A stretch of DNA of 52,552 nucleotides, counting the filler, from Squatina squatina (lineage: Eukaryota), in NCBI GenBank assembly GCA_031763465.1. It is 4 parts of 4 records of this genome, joined end to end, with 100 filler letters (N's around TTAATTAATTAA, not from the genome) between each part and the next. Parts side by side here need not be neighbours in the genome. Positions count along the whole stretch, not along the records: positions 39,677 to 52,552 come from JARFOE010000004.1; 3 more parts are not named here. One strand, given 5' to 3'. Below are positions 48,637 to 52,552 of the stretch, piece after piece; position 1 is the stretch's first letter; each line of letters begins with the position of its first letter. A model generated the notes under the pieces. That model was not told the DNA's origin. It saw nothing but the letters and a program-made list of their open reading frames with translations, and searched no databases. Both the position numbers and the translations under genes were made by a program.

Positions 48637-51600
48637 TAATTACCTTGTTGGGTTCCAGAGTGTTATGGCAGAGGCTCAATTCCTATCACCTAATTGGACC
48701 TGTCGGGAACATTTCGGTTATCGGTACATCATGTCTACACCATATTTAAATAATAAGACGTGTTATAAATGAGGAATGTAAATAATGTTTCTGTGGGTCA
48801 CTGCCAGAAAGACAATGCGGACATCTGTACAGTAATAGCGACAAGTGCAAAATAAATTCTGGGCCAAGAATAAATGCATTTCACAGATTAAGAGCATAAG
48901 GAAGATGGAACACCATATAAATTGTTTCCTAATATACGTTCCAAAAGAGCAATACCTTGTCCAGCACCTGGTTATCCATTTCTCAAGAACTATTGCAAGG
49001 ACTTGTTTGCCTCACATATGGATAAGTTGAAGCAGAAACAAAATCAAAAATTAAAAACTGCTGTCAAGAGCTAGATTTGTTATTACAGAGGCTGTGGGCT
49101 ATTGGCAATATCACAGCACTAAAAAACAGCTTTATTTGGTGGCACGAAGGGGAGGTTTTTCCACTGCTGTACTAATATTTAGATTAAAGTCTATTTGACA
49201 TGTGTTTTAAACCAGCACTAACAGATTTGATCTCTCAAGCTTTAGCCAACCATTTCTACTTCTCCCTTTCCCTTGCCAATCTTACAGTTGACACTCATGG
49301 CCTGCCAGTGTTGATTATAAGATAGCAGACAGGAGTCTAACACTTATTCTGCGAGGCCAGGAGACTCATGCCCGTACTCTGCTGATATTTTAAATCAGGC
49401 CTGTCCTGTCATTACATTAACTCCAGCTTTGCACCTGAGCATAAAATTCCCTGTTTGTTTATAATTCCTCCAGTGAGAAGTGGCAGAAAATTGTTATGTT
49501 AGTTCAAAAGCAAGATATTACAAGAGCTTAACAAATAAATCTTTTATTTTCTAATAATGGTAGCACACATTTAGAATAGGTGAAAATGCAATTCCCACTT
49601 ATTAGTCAGTTTCCTGCTGTTTTTAACATGGTTATTACGTTTGGCTTTGGTTGGAAAATATACCCGTGGTGGTTTATTTTACCCNNNNNNNNNNNNNNNN
49701 NNNNNNNNNNNNNNNNNNNNNNNNNNNNNNNNNNNNNNNNNNNNNNNNNNNNNNNNNNNNNNNNNNNNNNNNNNNNNNNNNNNNGACCCATCATTTGAAT
49801 TATCCGAGTGTCATTTCTATATCTTTCATGTATGTAAATTCATCAAACTGTATTTCATTAACATTGTCTTTTATACGTGAATTATGTGAACAAATTCCCC
49901 CATCAATACCAAAAGCACCCTTAAAATTTACAGTATAACATGCTGTATTGCTTTGAAATGTAACATTGTAGTACCCAAATATAAAGGAACAAATCTTAAC
50001 AACCAATGTAAGCTCATTTTATCCCTGGGATGGAACATATTACATTGATGAATTGCTGCAAAAATATCACTTTGAGATGTAAAGTTGGTATTTGGAACTT
50101 ATTGCTATGATAAACATGTCCTATGGTTTTGGATTTGTCTGAAGCTAGGATAACCTGCCAAGAGAAACTTTACCTCAGATGGATGACTTGGACTTAAAAC
50201 AAACAATACAATAATGGTTACATCAAAGGCAGCAGGAATGTTTCAAATATTTTACAACATTTTTTTTATTTAAGCATGGAATTGTCATACCACATCTGGG
50301 CTGTGGGTTTTGTAAGTTTATTTGATCCATTAGGACATTATAAGAAGTACATCTGATATTAATAAGGCTACAGACATTTTTGTCAACATTTCGCATCATT
50401 CAAGGCTGCCTCCAATTAGCAATACAGTGTGGGAGATTTGCAGGCCCAACTCACAGCTTTTTGAAGGAGGTTCCACATGAGTAGGTCCTTTACCAACACA
50501 TTGGNNNNNNNNNNNNNNNNNNNNNNNNNNNNNNNNNNNNNNNNNNNNNNNNNNNNNNNNNNNNNNNNNNNNNNNNNNNNNNNNNNNNNNNNNNNNNNNN
50601 NNNNGGGGGAAAGGAAGAAACCAGGCTTTGTGTCCGGAGGATTAGGATCAGGTGTATCACCTGAAACTTTTGCAGGCCTTATCTTAACACTTTTCAAAAT
50701 GTCTGTACTATGAAAGGGGTTAAGGTATTTTTCTCCCTCATCTATCAAAGATTAGAAACTGAGTGGAAAAAGGTTGACGTGAATCTATTACAGGAAAGAC
50801 ATATTTACAAGGGACTACTATGGCAACAGAGTGACATGGCATATAGACAATAATGGTACCAGCTTTTTTGCTTCAACATCAAGGGGTTATCTTGTCTTTG
50901 ATGATGAGAAGGAGGATTACAAAAGATACAAGAAGAGTTATGCAGCAGAAAGTCAGCAATAAAATAAGAGAAGGGCAGAAAGAGTAATGCTAAAAGGTTA
51001 AGAGTAGAATGTGAACTATGCTTAAAATGTTCCCATCAAGTCTCTCTTCCCTTACTGAGTGGTCTCAAAGATTGCTATTTTGTTCTGTCAAGATTAACGG
51101 GATCGATAAGGAGTTTTTTTATTATTCTTCTCACCTGATGAGAAAGGGGACCTACTAACTGTGAGAGGGCTTTTGTTAGTACTGGCCGAGGTTTTCCAAT
51201 ATTTATAGTCCGTAACCTTCAGAGAATGGAAAGACTGTAGTGTTGCTCAGTCAAGGGTCACAGATTGTCTGGTGTGGGGGTAAACAAGAGAATAACTGTG
51301 TTGAAACCCTGGCTGTGCTTCTATGCTGTAAACTTATCCTGGCATTGACAGATCTGTTCTGAGGGACTGCCAGTGTTGCATGTTTTACAGAGACAGGTGA
51401 AAGTAGAAACTGGAAGATGTTTCATGAATAATCACAATTTAGTTTTATTTTTAATTTAGGTTTTGTCTTTTAATATGCACTACATTAATTTTTGAGGACT
51501 TGCAATGTAAGGGTACATCCTGCTCAGGCAATGCATACCTACCAATTCTGCAACTGGGATAATACTGCTAATTATTGGAACCTTGTGTTCACTATTGGAT

Positions 51601-51969
51601 ACAAAGAAAGCACACTTGATGGCAATTACTTTATTCTTAAATGTTTTGATGTGTCTGCCCAAGGACTACTATAAGGTCCAAACTAAACTGGGTTCTGTAA
51701 GAAGCATAATCCTCTGCAACCGCTTTCAACTGAACAGCCTATTGCTACTAAACTCAACCATGGCTAGACTGTTCAACTCTACAATATTATTGCTTTCCCA
51801 CTAAAATGGTACCCCCGTGTACAATGCGTCAAAAATATATCTTGTGAGTCACATACACTCCTTGATGCTTTTCACTGAATTGAATGCAGCTCAGTTCTCT
51901 GCCATTCTCTTCCCCTTCATACTCCCAGACTTCTGTTATAACCAGTTTTTGTTTTTATTTTCAGTCGTT

Positions 51970-52165
51970 TCCCTTCCTCTCTTGAAGATGCAATCTTATG
52001 CTGGGATATGATTCTATAGATGTCTAACTGTACATCCCCTATATGGTCATTGTGTGAGCCTGTACACTGATTGTTGGAAAGCTTTTCAGCTCTGGGAGGT
52101 ATCCCTGCCGAGTTTGATCATGGCCTCACTCAAATTTCCACTTGCACTTTCCAAGAGGATTTACT
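51970..52165 (-). mobile_element. AmnSINE2-like SINE 3' fragment, highly diverged
   Basis: 'cctctcttgaagatgc...atgctggg...tgtgtgagcctgtacactga' parallels the copy at 24110-24330. Confidence 0.45.
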
Positions 52166-52552
52166 GAACAGTGGTCAAAAACAGCAGAGTGGGCACTTAG
52201 ATTTGTTGAAATGGTGATGTACTAAATATCTATTCATATCTAGGTTTGGTGTGGAAATTTAAACTAAAGAGACAATTGGGAAGATTGTTGGTTCAGTTAA
52301 CCATTAAGGTCAAGACTGCAGTCTGGAAACCAAGCATTGAACTAATCTTCTTAGTTCTCAGTTTGGTGCAGGACATCTTAATCCACAAGCAAATTAGCTT
52401 TCATTCTCTGAGCTGTCAAAAACTATGGTGATATCTGTTCTCATTCACCTGCCAGGATATAGAGATCAGCAGGTATGAAATGAAAGGATTGTGGAACTAG
52501 GAAGGTGATGGCCAACAGGAAGTAGAAACAAGTATTCCCTGTAGCCAAACAA

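Overview
Vertebrate, almost certainly cartilaginous-fish (shark-like) genomic DNA from a very fragmented assembly: contigs of roughly 0.5-4 kb joined mostly by 100-N gaps. Three artificial spacers (44N-TTAATTAATTAA-44N at 13423-13522, 26789-26888, 39577-39676) split the window into four unrelated ~13 kb scaffolds. Scaffold 1 holds four exons of tolloid-like 1 (TLL1, + strand; the exon-2 equivalent lacks its 5' part and abuts an L2 LINE). Scaffold 2 has no recognisable gene, only repeats, including a Penelope-like element with a minimal hammerhead-ribozyme motif. Scaffold 3 holds the CpG-island promoter, exon 1, last exon and putative 3'UTR of maturin (MTURN), a 2.9 kb 30-bp satellite, and the stop-codon exon of ZNRF2. 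Scaffold 4 holds a 28/41-bp minisatellite and one HormR-domain exon of an ADGRB/BAI adhesion GPCR (- strand). The rest is DeuSINE (SacSINE1-like), AmnSINE2-like, CR1, L2, RTE, Penelope and DNA-transposon-like remnants. I see no convincing new multi-gene system. The best leads are regulatory or structural: eight miR-144/miR-101 seed sites and two uORFs around MTURN, the L2/TLL1 exon junction, the hammerhead motif, and a candidate ZNRF2 poison exon. Gene, exon-number and repeat-family names come from recalled sequences, not database searches; repeat boundaries are approximate.
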